The notes under the pieces: model-generated
What the model saw: only the letters and a program-made list of their open reading frames with translations
Told to the model about the DNA's origin: nothing
Database searches by the model: none
Shown here: positions 1 to 11,250 of the stretch, piece after piece
Layout: each line of letters starts with the position of its first letter
Numbering within the stretch: position 1 is the stretch's first letter
Source: Thermodesulfobacteriota bacterium
Lineage (GTDB): Bacteria > Desulfobacterota > Desulfobulbia > Desulfobulbales > SURF-16
Assembly: GCA_039715015.1 (NCBI GenBank)
Contig: JBDLIE010000026.1
Coordinates: forward strand, 1-38,870
Direction: 5' to 3'
DNA length: 38,870 bases
Program-made: the position numbers and the translations under genes

Positions 1-492
1 GCTGGGCAACTCGCGGTAAGGGGCGTCCGTGGTCCAGATAGGTCCCTGCTGAGCATCAGGAAAATGGTTCTGCAACTTGGTCAACAAGGTAGTACTGGCT
101 TGAGGCTGCTTAGTTAACGGGTAATGGGCTGAAACCCCTTCTTCACTCTGGCCCCAGGTTGGCAGAAAAATATCGCCCACCGAAAGCTCAGGGACAAGGG
201 CGCCGCACCAGGCCATGACCAGCAGTTTTTGACAGCCAAGGGCAATGAGCTTTTCCAGGGTCATTACGGCCATGGGCGCACCCACTGTAGGGCCTGCCCA
301 GTAGGAAGGGGCTGCTCCTTCCTGGTTAAAGGACATAAGCTGACAGTGAAAGAGGCGGTGAATAGCTCCATGCTTTTTCTTCACCATGGTGGCGGCATAA
401 TGGGCCTCAAAGGGATTAACGAGAAGCAGGCAGGGGCCGTTGATATCTGGCTCACCAGGGGATTTTGTCGCTTGTATTATGGGCTGTTCCAT
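1..492 (-). CDS. Nucleoside phosphorylase (PNP/UDP family), 3' end outside window
   Basis: Manual translation from ATG at 492, open to the window edge: MEQPII...GPTVGAPMAVMTLEKLIALG...AWCGAL...VGDIFLP...SEEGVSAHY...IWTTDAPYRE, which are uridine/purine phosphorylase motifs. Absent from the ORF track because it has no stop in the window. Confidence 0.85.
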   Translation of the reverse strand, partial: MEQPIIQATKSPGEPDINGPCLLLVNPFEAHYAATMVKKKHGAIHRLFHCQLMSFNQEGAAPSYWAGPTVGAPMAVMTLEKLIALGCQKLLVMAWCGALVPELSVGDIFLPTWGQSEEGVSAHYPLTKQPQASTTLLTKLQNHFPDAQQGPIWTTDAPYRELPS

Positions 493-507
493 GCGGTGCT
501 GTCCAAT

Positions 508-548
508 AAAAAAAAGAGGCTACGGAAATAAATCCGTAGCCTCTTTTT
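508..548 (-). terminator. Intrinsic terminator after atpE (possibly bidirectional)
   Basis: aaaaagaggctacgga-aataaa-tccgtagcctcttttt: perfect stem flanked by A and T tracts. Confidence 0.85.
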
Positions 549-592
549 ACCTTAACCCCGCGGGACTCGTAAAGGTCCCGGGTAAAGAAATC

Positions 593-1042
<450 letters not shown>

Positions 1043-1068
1043 TTATTCGTTTCGGTTCATCTCCATGC

Positions 1069-1175
1069 TACTAAAGCTTTGCAGTGCCTTAGATTCGTTC
1101 ATTTGGGCTGCAAAGTATACTCGCGTATTCGAGCAGATCAGATGGACGCAGATGAGGTGCTGCGGAGCTTTAGTA
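1069..1175. repeat. 107-bp long palindromic (hairpin) element between atpB and atpE
   Basis: Terminal tactaaagct/agctttagta is a perfect inverted repeat. Nested arms ttgcagtgcc/ggtgctgcgg and cgttcatttg/cagatggacg pair fully when G-T is allowed on the + strand. Confidence 0.75.
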
Positions 1176-1181
1176 AATTTC

Positions 1182-1919
1182 TTAGTGAGCGTGCTCCAGA
1201 GAACCCTTGAAGTAGATCACGGTCAGCAGAACAAAAACCATGGTCTGAACAAAGGATACCAGCACACCGAGACAGAGGATTGGCAGGGGACCGAAAAAGG
1301 CACCGGCCAACAGGAATAAAATGGCAAGCAGGGTCTCTTTCGCCATGATGTTACCGAACAGACGAATGGAGAGAGAGAGGATACGTGCCAGGTTACTGAT
1401 GAGCTCAATGGGCAGCATCAGCGGAATGAGCACCGGCATGGGGCCGGTGAAGTGGTTTATGTATTTGATGCCATGGGTGCGCAGGCCCAGGTAGTGATGG
1501 TAGGACCAGACAATCAGGGTACAACCCAGGGTGATATTGAGGTTGGAGGTCGGTGACATGAAGCCCGGCATCAGACCCATGAGGTTGGCAACCAGAATAT
1601 AAAGGGCAAAGGTGGTGATCAGGGGAAAGAGCTTTTTAGCATGCTCAACACCGAGATTTTCCGCGTAAAACTCCTCGATGAAACCAATGATGGCTTCCCA
1701 GAAATTCTGGCCGGCGCCGGGGATCATCTCCATCTTGCCTACAGTAAGCTTGGACACGACAATCAGAAAGAGCATGACAAAGAATGTATAGCTCATATGA
1801 GGGGTGGTGAATGTCTCAATGCTGAGGTTGGTGTTCAACATTCCTTCAGGCAGGCCGTGGGGTACAGGCAGGCCCAGCATCTGCAGGATCACAGAAATAA
1901 ATAGTATTGGATGTTCCAT
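1182..1919 (-). CDS. atpB: F0F1 ATP synthase subunit a
   Basis: Hydrophobic; SPTSNLN, PIELIS, SLSIRLFGNI (essential Arg), QTMVFVLLT motifs. Confidence 0.97.
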   Translation of the reverse strand: MEHPILFISVILQMLGLPVPHGLPEGMLNTNLSIETFTTPHMSYTFFVMLFLIVVSKLTVGKMEMIPGAGQNFWEAIIGFIEEFYAENLGVEHAKKLFPLITTFALYILVANLMGLMPGFMSPTSNLNITLGCTLIVWSYHHYLGLRTHGIKYINHFTGPMPVLIPLMLPIELISNLARILSLSIRLFGNIMAKETLLAILFLLAGAFFGPLPILCLGVLVSFVQTMVFVLLTVIYFKGSLEHAH

Positions 1920-1962
1920 TTCTTCTCCTCTCTCCTAAAAAAATCGAAGTGGATAGCAGGCT

Positions 1963-2104
1963 AGTGCCAGTCAATAAATGGCCCTTTTGGCCGATCTCTG
2001 GGTCACAGTAAAATGAAAAATGCTCACATATACCTATATGCTGCGTTTTTTAATTCCACTGTTCCTTGATCTCGAACAAAATTGATCATTTATGGACAGA
2101 CACT
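1963..2104. repeat. 142-bp MITE-like palindromic element between atpI and atpB
   Basis: 18-bp terminal inverted repeats agtgccagtcaataaatg / catttatggacagacact (15/18 match), with nested arms closing on catata-cc-tatatg. Confidence 0.7.
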
Positions 2105-2105
2105 G

Positions 2106-2552
2106 TTAAATTAAGCTCCCATGCCTTTTGTCCACAATTTCAGCGTCAATGTTTTTTTTTGACCCCGAATACCTTATAAGTTCGCTTATTGCGGTGTAGC
2201 CAACGCTGAGTGCCACTGAGGACAGACCAACGAGCAAACCGCCAATGGCCAATTGGCCATATTTAATCACAAAATAAAGAAGCAAGGCCAGGGCGGTGAG
2301 CCTGGCGTAATACTTCAATAAAAAAGTTACTTTAACAGCACCTAAGGCCCCTTGCATGGCCTTGACGATATCGCGTTTCATCAGGGTGAAGCTAATGTTG
2401 GCGATAAGGCCGCCTGCCAGAACAGATTTGGCTGCCAGGCTACTGAAAATAAACCAGGCGGAAAGAGTCATCAGGCCGCTGAGCAGCCAGTTCAGTCTCT
2501 CAATTTTGGCAATCGAGATGTCGGCACTGGCCAGATCAATCTTTCTTGTCAT
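2106..2552 (-). CDS. atpI: ATP synthase subunit I
   Basis: Four hydrophobic segments, GGLIANISF and KYYARL motifs, position directly upstream of atpB. Likely start ATG 2552 overlaps the upstream gene. Confidence 0.8.
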   Translation of the reverse strand: MTRKIDLASADISIAKIERLNWLLSGLMTLSAWFIFSSLAAKSVLAGGLIANISFTLMKRDIVKAMQGALGAVKVTFLLKYYARLTALALLLYFVIKYGQLAIGGLLVGLSSVALSVGYTAISELIRYSGSKKNIDAEIVDKRHGSLI

Positions 2553-2778
2553 CTTTCCACTCCTTGCGAGTGGCAAGGTCATACAGGTTCTTAAAGGCCG
2601 CTGCTACACCAAAGGCCAAACCGATTAAGGTCGGCCATGGTTCGTACTTACCGGCCAGCACCTTCTTGTCTATGTAATGGCCGACGCCCACCCCGATAAA
2701 GATGCAGAGCGAGATAGTCATTCCAATGGTGCCGAAGTCTCCTGCTAACTTGATGATATACTTTCGTGTTTCACCCAT
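2536..2778 (-). CDS. atpZ: AtpZ/AtpI-family small membrane protein (ATP synthase gene 1)
   Basis: 80 aa with two TM segments and GxxxGxxID...P..TLIGLAFGVAAAF pattern; first gene of the F0 operon. Confidence 0.75.
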   Translation of the reverse strand: MGETRKYIIKLAGDFGTIGMTISLCIFIGVGVGHYIDKKVLAGKYEPWPTLIGLAFGVAAAFKNLYDLATRKEWKDDKKD

Positions 2779-2992
2779 GAAAATCCCTGTCAGCAGTTAC
2801 TGATGAACCATTCACTTTTTATACCTGGCGAAGGTATAAATAATGGCCGAAGCATTAGCACGGCCACTATTCTAAGTCAATTCATTTTTGGCAATTAGTT
2901 TAATAAAACAGCTCGTATAAATACAGATTTTTTACGAAGGGGGAAGTTTTATTCGCCTGTTTTTCCGACTTTTTCTCGGGGGCCTATTTTTT

Positions 2993-4276
<1,284 letters not shown>

Positions 4277-4495
4277 AACTTCTCCTTGGCAAAAAGTAAG
4301 CTGCGGCAATAGGGCGGAAAATGTCGATGATAATCAGTGCAAAAGAGCGACGAACTATAGCATGTGGATCTGTTGGCTGTAAAGCGATAGGGAATCGTTT
4401 TTTAATCAAAAAGAAATTTAATCTCCACGCCTGTCATGTTAAAATACCTCCGTTGCCCCAAAAAAGAAAATTTCATTTAAAAAACGAGTATTAAT

Positions 4496-5347
4496 ATGCC
4501 GCCATCACTTGTTGAACGCCTTGATGCCATTGAAGATTTACCCACCATTCCCCATACCATGCAGGCTGTTTTGTCAAGCCTCGATTCCGTCTCAGCCTCG
4601 GCTGATAAATTAGAGGATATCATCAAGGAAGATCCGGTATTGACGGCCAAGGTGCTCAAGATTGCAAATTCGGCAGCCTATGGTGGAGGCACAGAGATTT
4701 CCAGCCTGTCGCGGGCCATTGTTGCCATTGGTTTTGATGAGGTCCGCAATATTGTTGTCGGCCTTTCCCTCTCAGGAATTTTTTGCGACGATCTTGGTTT
4801 TGAGGAGTTTGATGCCGTGGATATCTGGCTCCACTCCATCGGGGTTGCCACCTGTGCCAAAATGATCGCGCAAGAGGTGGATGGACTAGATCCTGACGAG
4901 ATGTTCACCGTGGGCATGCTGCACGATATCGGCCGTGTTCTTTTTTGTCTCTACTTCCCGGATGAACTGCGCGATATCCTCGGCTCTGTTGAAAGCGACG
5001 GCATTTCTCTGGCAGAGGCGGAAGAGCAATATGGTTTGACCCATACTGAAATCGGGGCCTATCTCGCCTTTCGTTGGAAGCTGGGGAATTTTATGGTCCA
5101 TGTAATCCGCTATCATCATCACCCCCGTAAGGCCGGTGAGTATGTCCAGGCTGCAGCGGCCATTAACCTTGCTGATGCCATTAGTATTCAACTGCAGATC
5201 GGCTGGAAAGGAATGGGGCCGTCACCAAAGGTTATGGTGCCCAAGGCCCTTGGTCTGGACGGCGATAAGATCAAGATGATTGCCAAAAAGCTCCAGTCGG
5301 AGAAAGAGGAGATCATGAGCGGCTGGTCCAGCGTCATTAACGCCTGA
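4496..5347 (+). CDS. Stand-alone HDOD domain protein
   Basis: LPTIP, DPVLTAKVLKIANSAAY, WLHS, GMLHDIGR, THTEIGAYLAFRWKL, IRYHH. Confidence 0.92.
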   Translation: MPPSLVERLDAIEDLPTIPHTMQAVLSSLDSVSASADKLEDIIKEDPVLTAKVLKIANSAAYGGGTEISSLSRAIVAIGFDEVRNIVVGLSLSGIFCDDLGFEEFDAVDIWLHSIGVATCAKMIAQEVDGLDPDEMFTVGMLHDIGRVLFCLYFPDELRDILGSVESDGISLAEAEEQYGLTHTEIGAYLAFRWKLGNFMVHVIRYHHHPRKAGEYVQAAAAINLADAISIQLQIGWKGMGPSPKVMVPKALGLDGDKIKMIAKKLQSEKEEIMSGWSSVINA

Positions 5348-5538
5348 TTTCTGCCTTCTTCTTTTACTCTAGCCCCTGCCTGCCTTTTTGGTCAGGTCCG
5401 CCAGCCTATGTTTGTTTTGCTGGAGTTCGTCCTCCGGAATTCCGGCGAGAGGGATGATGAAAAAGCTGCCGGCTTATGGTAATGTTGCCGGGTTGGATGT
5501 TGTCAGAAACTAATTCTCAGCAAGGCGAATCCCTTCTT

Positions 5539-6720
5539 ATGCGGCGTACTCGAGGCTATCCTTTTCTGCTTAACAGCTATCTCGTTCGAGAGATGCTGGG
5601 GCCTTTTTTTGCCAGTCTTCTCATTATTAATTGCATCTTTTTCCTCGGTCGCCTGATTCCCTTTTTAAATGTTATTGTTGACATGGGTGTCGGCTTTGGC
5701 GATTTTATTCGCCTTTTTTCCTACCTTTTTCCCAATATGTTGCTCTACAGCATCCCCATGTCCAGCATGTTTGGCGTGGTGGTGGCCTTTACCAGGCTGG
5801 CCAATGATGGCGAGATTATGGCCATGAAGGCTGCTGGTATCGGTATTGGCCGGATGTTGCCGGCGGTACTCGTGGTCTCCTTGGCCACAAGCCTTTTGGC
5901 TGGCTACAGTGCCCTTGTTTTGAATCCGGCCTCTGATAAGGCAATGAAGAAAATGATGTTCAACCTGGTCAAGGAAAAGGTGAGCAAGGGGGTCAAGGCC
6001 AGAGAGTTCAGTGACGGTATGGGCAAATATGTCCTCTACGCCGATGAGGTTAACAAGGAAACGGGCCAGTGGTCCGGGGTCTATTTGGCTGACATGAACA
6101 TCGAGGGGACGCCGATGATCACCCTGGCCCGCCGCGGTCATATCTCCTCTGATCTGGAGAATATGTCCCTCTCCCTGGTTTTGGAAGATGGCAGTATTCA
6201 CCGAGCCCAAGGGGCGACCACCCAGACCATTCTCTTTGAAAATTATGAGTTGGACATACCCATACGTTTACCGCTTATTGTTGAGCATCGGAGTAAGAGA
6301 AAGATCAACAGGAGGGGGATGAGTTTACCTGAACTCAGGGAGCAAGCTGAAAAGTTGGGGGCTACCAGTGAACTGGGACTCCCTTTACTTATGGAGTTTC
6401 ACAAACGCCTTGTGCTGCCGGTGGGATGTTTTGTTCTCAGCCTTCTTGGTTTTGTCTTTGGTCTTGAGGCTGGGGTGGGCAAAAAAGCGATAGGTATTCC
6501 CCTTGGTCTTTTATCCTACATCGTTTACTGGGTCCTTTTTTCCTTAGCAAAGACCCTGGCTGAAAACCAGACATTGCCGGTGGAAATATCTCTCTGGCTT
6601 CCCAACCTCCTCTTCTTCCTAATTGCTATTTCACTCATGGACCTCGCAGCCCGCGAGAAATCAATCCTTGGTGGGGGGCGGCTGCTAACACTCCTTACCT
6701 TTTGGCAAAAGAAGAAGTAA
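5539..6720 (+). CDS. lptF: LPS export ABC transporter permease, LptF/LptG family (LptF-like)
   Basis: YLVREMLGPF, RLANDGEIMAMKAAGIG, EFHKRLVLP, LWLPNL; three TM segments, a periplasmic domain, then three TM segments. Start uncertain (5476 or 5539). Confidence 0.8.
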   Translation: MRRTRGYPFLLNSYLVREMLGPFFASLLIINCIFFLGRLIPFLNVIVDMGVGFGDFIRLFSYLFPNMLLYSIPMSSMFGVVVAFTRLANDGEIMAMKAAGIGIGRMLPAVLVVSLATSLLAGYSALVLNPASDKAMKKMMFNLVKEKVSKGVKAREFSDGMGKYVLYADEVNKETGQWSGVYLADMNIEGTPMITLARRGHISSDLENMSLSLVLEDGSIHRAQGATTQTILFENYELDIPIRLPLIVEHRSKRKINRRGMSLPELREQAEKLGATSELGLPLLMEFHKRLVLPVGCFVLSLLGFVFGLEAGVGKKAIGIPLGLLSYIVYWVLFSLAKTLAENQTLPVEISLWLPNLLFFLIAISLMDLAAREKSILGGGRLLTLLTFWQKKK

Positions 6721-6757
6721 TTAAGAAACTTGGTGAGGGTCTTTCAGCAGTAGAGAA

Positions 6758-7852
6758 TTAGGAATTTAAAAGAATAGCAGCATTAATGCCGCCAAAGCCG
6801 GAATTGCAAGAAAGGATGGAGGCAGCGGTTAAATCTTGGTTTCTGTCGCCCACTTGGTTTGGAAAGTTTTCCGGCTCGTGAAGACCCACGGTGGCAGGGA
6901 TCTTCCCCTCATGAAGGGAGGTCACGGCCAGGCAGGCCTCAATAACCCCTGCTGCACCGAGGCAATGGCCCATGGCTCCTTTGACTGAATGGAAAGGGGG
7001 AGGAGTGTTTCCCCAGAGATTTTTGAAGGCGGTGATTTCCATGGCATCGTTGTAAATGGTCCCGGTGCCATGGGCGTTGATTGCTCCCACCGTTTTTGTC
7101 GCACCGGCAGTAGCTTGGTGAAGAACGGTGCTTAAGCCACTTGCCTGGCGGCAGGGGGCCGTGATGTGACTGGCGTCACAGGCAATACCCCAACCGTTGA
7201 TGGTGGCCAGGGCAGGCCAATTTCGTTCGGCAGCTCTTTTCTTGCTGGTAAGCAGCAGCAGACCTATGCCCTCCCCTAGGCAGAGGCCGTTACGCTTTTT
7301 ATCAAAGGGCCTGCAGGTTCCTTCAGCCAAGGCCTGAAGCTGGCTGAAGCCAGCCAGCACAAAACGGCTGAGGATATCAATACCCACAACCAGCACCTGG
7401 TCCACCTCCCCCTTTTCAATCATCTGGCTTGCCTGGATAATGGCCACCGTTCCAGAGGCGCAGGCCGCGCTCACTGTTGAGCGCTGGCCGGGGTAGTTAA
7501 TTTCACGGGCAATCATCTCTGCCACCTGCCAGGCAAAACCACTATTTGGTTTTGTATGGTCGGTGAGGGGTTCGTCTGCCGCACCCTTTGTGGTGGCAAC
7601 GATGAGATGGCTTGATTCTGTGCCAGTGGTTATTTGCAGTTGGTTAATTCCGCGACGGATAAGGCTGACAAGCCGTTGTCTTGAGCCAATTTCATCTGGC
7701 AAATCAACGATCCTGCCAACATGACAGTGCAGGTTTGATAATTCAAGGGGGGTAAGAGAGCTGTGGTTTGCCATTAAATTATGCCAGCTTTCCGCCTGGT
7801 TTCCGGTGGCACAGATAAGACCGCTGTCAACTATGACGACCTCGCCAGCCAT
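6758..7852 (-). CDS. Beta-ketoacyl-ACP synthase (FabF-like, intact Cys-His-His triad)
   Basis: SAACASG, NAHGTGT, GHCLGAAG, NSGFGG. Confidence 0.9.
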   Translation of the reverse strand: MAGEVVIVDSGLICATGNQAESWHNLMANHSSLTPLELSNLHCHVGRIVDLPDEIGSRQRLVSLIRRGINQLQITTGTESSHLIVATTKGAADEPLTDHTKPNSGFAWQVAEMIAREINYPGQRSTVSAACASGTVAIIQASQMIEKGEVDQVLVVGIDILSRFVLAGFSQLQALAEGTCRPFDKKRNGLCLGEGIGLLLLTSKKRAAERNWPALATINGWGIACDASHITAPCRQASGLSTVLHQATAGATKTVGAINAHGTGTIYNDAMEITAFKNLWGNTPPPFHSVKGAMGHCLGAAGVIEACLAVTSLHEGKIPATVGLHEPENFPNQVGDRNQDLTAASILSCNSGFGGINAAILLNS

Positions 7853-7853
7853 C

Positions 7854-8606
7854 CTAGGCTTCACCCTGGCTGAGCTTGAGCTCCACCGTGCCGTAAGCAG
7901 CTTCTGCCTGCCATTTTTGAGGGAAATGGTGACGGGCGATAAGGGCTGTTAATTCTTCTGCAGCCGCCAAGGGATGACAAGCTTCTGTCTGTTGCCAAGT
8001 TTCTTGGCGGGCCAGCCTGGCTTCCGGTGCGCAGGGCTCTTCCAAGACAGATATATAGTCAAGGAGACATGGCCCATTATGGCTCAGGAGCCAGGCCGTA
8101 GCCCCGGCTGGCCAGGGGCATGAAGTGCCTGGCAACATGGCCGTTCGGGCATGGTGTAACAGAGTTGAGTATGTTTCCACCTGGAGAACCAGGGCATGGT
8201 CCAGGCTCCTTTCTTTGATGGCCTGCCAGCCACTCTGAAGAGCCCTGAAAAAAGGCCAACCGTAGGAGGTCATGGTCAGGGCCGGACCATAGATTTTGCT
8301 GATGCGGGCGATATAGCCGCTGGCCGCATTAAAAACCGAATGTGAAAAGAGGGTGGGAGAGATAGGTTCTTTCATCACCAGGTCATCCAGAACAGAGAAA
8401 TTGCACTCCATGGGGCCAAAAGCAGTACCAAGGTATATGCCGGTGCGGTGGCCATCCACCTGTGGCGCAGCAGCCAAGGCCTGTTGTGAGACAACAACCG
8501 CAAGTTGGATGAACTCTTCGGCCCGCCGCAAATCTCTGGCTAGATGGTCGGGGATGACCATGTCGGCCAACCGGAGCGATGAGGTGGCAAGAACAGCGAC
8601 TGTCAT
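7854..8606 (-). CDS. Chain-length-factor-like inactive ketosynthase
   Basis: KS N-terminal fold motifs (TGIYLGTAFG, SPTLFSHSVFNAASG, GPALT) without the catalytic ACxS Cys or the His motifs; lies between two KS genes. Confidence 0.8.
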   Translation of the reverse strand: MTVAVLATSSLRLADMVIPDHLARDLRRAEEFIQLAVVVSQQALAAAPQVDGHRTGIYLGTAFGPMECNFSVLDDLVMKEPISPTLFSHSVFNAASGYIARISKIYGPALTMTSYGWPFFRALQSGWQAIKERSLDHALVLQVETYSTLLHHARTAMLPGTSCPWPAGATAWLLSHNGPCLLDYISVLEEPCAPEARLARQETWQQTEACHPLAAAEELTALIARHHFPQKWQAEAAYGTVELKLSQGEA

Positions 8607-9817
8607 GGGGCCGCCTCCAGGATCAAAGCAGCGTTGCCGCCGCCAAAGGCCAAAGAATGGCTGAGGCCAATTCGCCCCTCGAGCTCTATTCTTTCTTTTT
8701 GGATGGTGGGCTGAAAGGGCAGGGACTGGTCTGGACTCAGGCAGCCGATGGTGCCGAAGGTCCGGCCTTCCTGGAGGGCACGCAGAGTGAAGACCGCCTC
8801 TATGCCGCCTGCCGCCCCTAAGGTGTGGCCGGTGGCACCCTTGGTGGAGATAAGGGGGGTGTTGCTAAAGCCCAGTTGAGCCAGGGCAGTGGTTTCAGCC
8901 AGGTCATTGGCCTGGGTGCCGGTGCCGTGGCCATTAATGAGAGCGATATCGGAAGCTGCCCCACCGGCCTCGGCCATGGCAGCTTTGATGGCCTGCTGAA
9001 GGCCCCGGCCCTCAGGGTGGGGTGCGGTTGGATGGTAGCCGTCAGAACTTGCGCCGTATCCCCGTAGCCAGCCAAGGGGCGCTCTCTCCCTCTTGCAGAT
9101 TTGGCTTTCCTTTTCAAGGAGAAGAACTCCGGCTCCTTCACCAAGGTTCAAGCCGCTACGATCTTGGGCAAAGGGGGTGCAGGGGGCATCCGAGGTCAGG
9201 AGAAGAGAGGCAAAGCCATGGAAGGCCAGGCGGGATAATTCGTCAGCGCCACCGCAGATAACAAGATCGCAGAGATCCTGGCGCAACCAGCTTCTGCCCA
9301 GGCCAATGGCATCGGTCCCTGAGGCGCAGGCATTGGTTATGACGGTGGTAGGTCCTTGGCTCTGCAAGATATCTTGGATAGCTGTGGCCAGATTCTCGTT
9401 TAGAAAGCGGCGCATGGCATCCTGGTTTAGGGATTTTCCTTCTTTCCAGGCCAGGTAATAATCGTCATCATGAAAATGGCAACGCACCGTGGTGCCAAGG
9501 GCAATTCCCACCCGTTTTGTGGCCAGTGTTGCTGGATTGATACCGGCCATGGCCATGGCCTCCAAGGTTGCGTGCAGGGTGAGGAGGATGGTGCGGTTAT
9601 AATTTTCAGGGTCGAGAGAGGGCAACCTGGAAGAAAAAATCAGGGGCCCAGGAACAAGAAAGACGGGCTGGGGATGGCCACTGGCAAAGGGAGGTGGGCA
9701 AGGGGATGGAATGTCGCTCTGCCAGAGGCGATCCCAGGCGCTTATGCTGTCGCTGCCGGCAGCACAGCAGCAGCCCATGCCGCTGATGGCAGTATTTAGA
9801 GAATCGGTCACCACCAT
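8603..9817 (-). CDS. Beta-ketoacyl-ACP synthase (FabF-like, intact triad)
   Basis: TNACASG, GLNLGEGAG, NGHGTGT, GHTLGAAG, SLAFGGGN. Confidence 0.92.
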   Translation of the reverse strand: MVVTDSLNTAISGMGCCCAAGSDSISAWDRLWQSDIPSPCPPPFASGHPQPVFLVPGPLIFSSRLPSLDPENYNRTILLTLHATLEAMAMAGINPATLATKRVGIALGTTVRCHFHDDDYYLAWKEGKSLNQDAMRRFLNENLATAIQDILQSQGPTTVITNACASGTDAIGLGRSWLRQDLCDLVICGGADELSRLAFHGFASLLLTSDAPCTPFAQDRSGLNLGEGAGVLLLEKESQICKRERAPLGWLRGYGASSDGYHPTAPHPEGRGLQQAIKAAMAEAGGAASDIALINGHGTGTQANDLAETTALAQLGFSNTPLISTKGATGHTLGAAGGIEAVFTLRALQEGRTFGTIGCLSPDQSLPFQPTIQKERIELEGRIGLSHSLAFGGGNAALILEAAP

Positions 9818-9861
9818 CCCTGAATGATAAAGCTTTTTCCTAAACTCAAGGGGGCCATTAG

Positions 9862-10113
9862 TTAACTCCGGTGTTGTTCAATATAGTCAGCCAGGGTTTG
9901 CACCGAGGTAAAGGCCTTCTGGCCCTCTGTCATATCTTTAATTTGGACCCCGAAATTTTTGTTAACCTGGACCACTAACTCCACAGCGTCAAGGGAGTCA
10001 AGGCCCAAGCCTTCGCCAAAGAGGGGGTCAGTGTCACCGATTTCTTCCGGCCTGGTCTGCAGGCGCAGGTCGCGCACCAGCAGTTCTTTTATCTCTTGCT
10101 TCAAATCACTCAT
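9862..10113 (-). CDS. Acyl carrier protein
   Basis: 83 aa, acidic; LFGEGLGLDSLDAVEL phosphopantetheinyl-Ser motif, as in aryl-polyene-type ACPs. Confidence 0.93.
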   Translation of the reverse strand: MSDLKQEIKELLVRDLRLQTRPEEIGDTDPLFGEGLGLDSLDAVELVVQVNKNFGVQIKDMTEGQKAFTSVQTLADYIEQHRS

Positions 10114-10115
10114 TC

Positions 10116-11000
10116 TTAGTGCTCCCAAATGTCAAAGAAATTGTACCATTGGTAAGGATATTCTTCGACATATTGTTCTAAGGCTCTACTAAATCGATCA
10201 GCACAGCGGCCCATCTCCTGGTCCCTGTTGCCGTGTCTATAATCTGGATGGATGATATCCCAAATTTTAAGGGTTTGATGGGTTCTATCATGTTTTGCAG
10301 AAAAGGCAATAAGCACGGGGCTCTTGGTGTTGGCCGCCAGGCTATAGGCAGCCACCGGCAAACGGATTTCAGAACCGAGAAAGGTTGATGTTGCCGTGGG
10401 GCCACCAGCGGTCCGATCACCCATGATAAGAACAACATCGCCCTGTTCAAGGGCATTAACTGCCTCTATCATACCGCCCATAAACCCAGTGACATCAATG
10501 ATATTAAAGTCCCGTTTGCGGCCCAGTTCAAAAAAGTGTTTGGTCACAGCTTGGGTGTCTTTGGCCATCATGAGATGAACATTACACTCTAAGCCGGCGA
10601 TATGGGCCAGGGCCGTCTGCCAGGTGCCGACGTGAGCCAGGGTAATGATGGCGCCGCTGCCGGAAACAAGAATTTTCTGGAGGCTGTCTAAACCTGCAAA
10701 GGCACCGTGGAGTTTGGCTTTGGGCTTAAGGCCGAGCCAACTACGGTCAATGAGCATCTTCCCCATGCCGATCACAATGCGATAGGCAGCCCACCATTGT
10801 TGCCAGGGGCTGTGATTTGGAAAGCGGCGCTTGAGATAGGGACGAAGCTGTTCTCGGGGTGTCCTGCTGAAGGTGATATAGACCAGAATCAGAGGGTAGA
10901 GAAAGAGATAGGCAAGGAGCTGCCCGCCAATCATGATGAGAGCATAGAAGAAGAGGTGCCCCAGATGCTCGCCTTTTTTTTTCAGGATATTCGCAACCAT
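10116..11000 (-). CDS. LpxL/HtrB-family (lipid A-type) acyltransferase
   Basis: AHVGTWQ, IMGDR, FLGSEIRLP, YPYQWYNFFDIW. Start uncertain (the open frame extends to 11192). Confidence 0.8.
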   Translation of the reverse strand: MVANILKKKGEHLGHLFFYALIMIGGQLLAYLFLYPLILVYITFSRTPREQLRPYLKRRFPNHSPWQQWWAAYRIVIGMGKMLIDRSWLGLKPKAKLHGAFAGLDSLQKILVSGSGAIITLAHVGTWQTALAHIAGLECNVHLMMAKDTQAVTKHFFELGRKRDFNIIDVTGFMGGMIEAVNALEQGDVVLIMGDRTAGGPTATSTFLGSEIRLPVAAYSLAANTKSPVLIAFSAKHDRTHQTLKIWDIIHPDYRHGNRDQEMGRCADRFSRALEQYVEEYPYQWYNFFDIWEH

Positions 11001-11250
11001 TTTCGTAATGCTATTTATACCCGACAACGGGGTATGAAAAAAGGCCGAGGTTATTTTTTCATGATTTTTCCATCGCACTTCCCCATTCGGCCCTGGACGA
11101 GCAGGGAGGCGGCCAAGGGAAAGAGAGTGGGGCCGAATGCCTGCGAAGGGGCCGACAAGCAATAAAGAGATTTTTACGAGAAGAAAGCCCATTGGGGAAA
11201 GAGCTTATCCTGGGTAATGCCTGGTGAGTTTTATCCAACCCCGTCTGTTT

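Noticed and set aside
6720..6760. att-site duplication of the tRNA-Arg 3' end at the far side of the KS cluster
   Set aside because: No copy of the tRNA 3' sequence is visible there and there is no integrase in the window.
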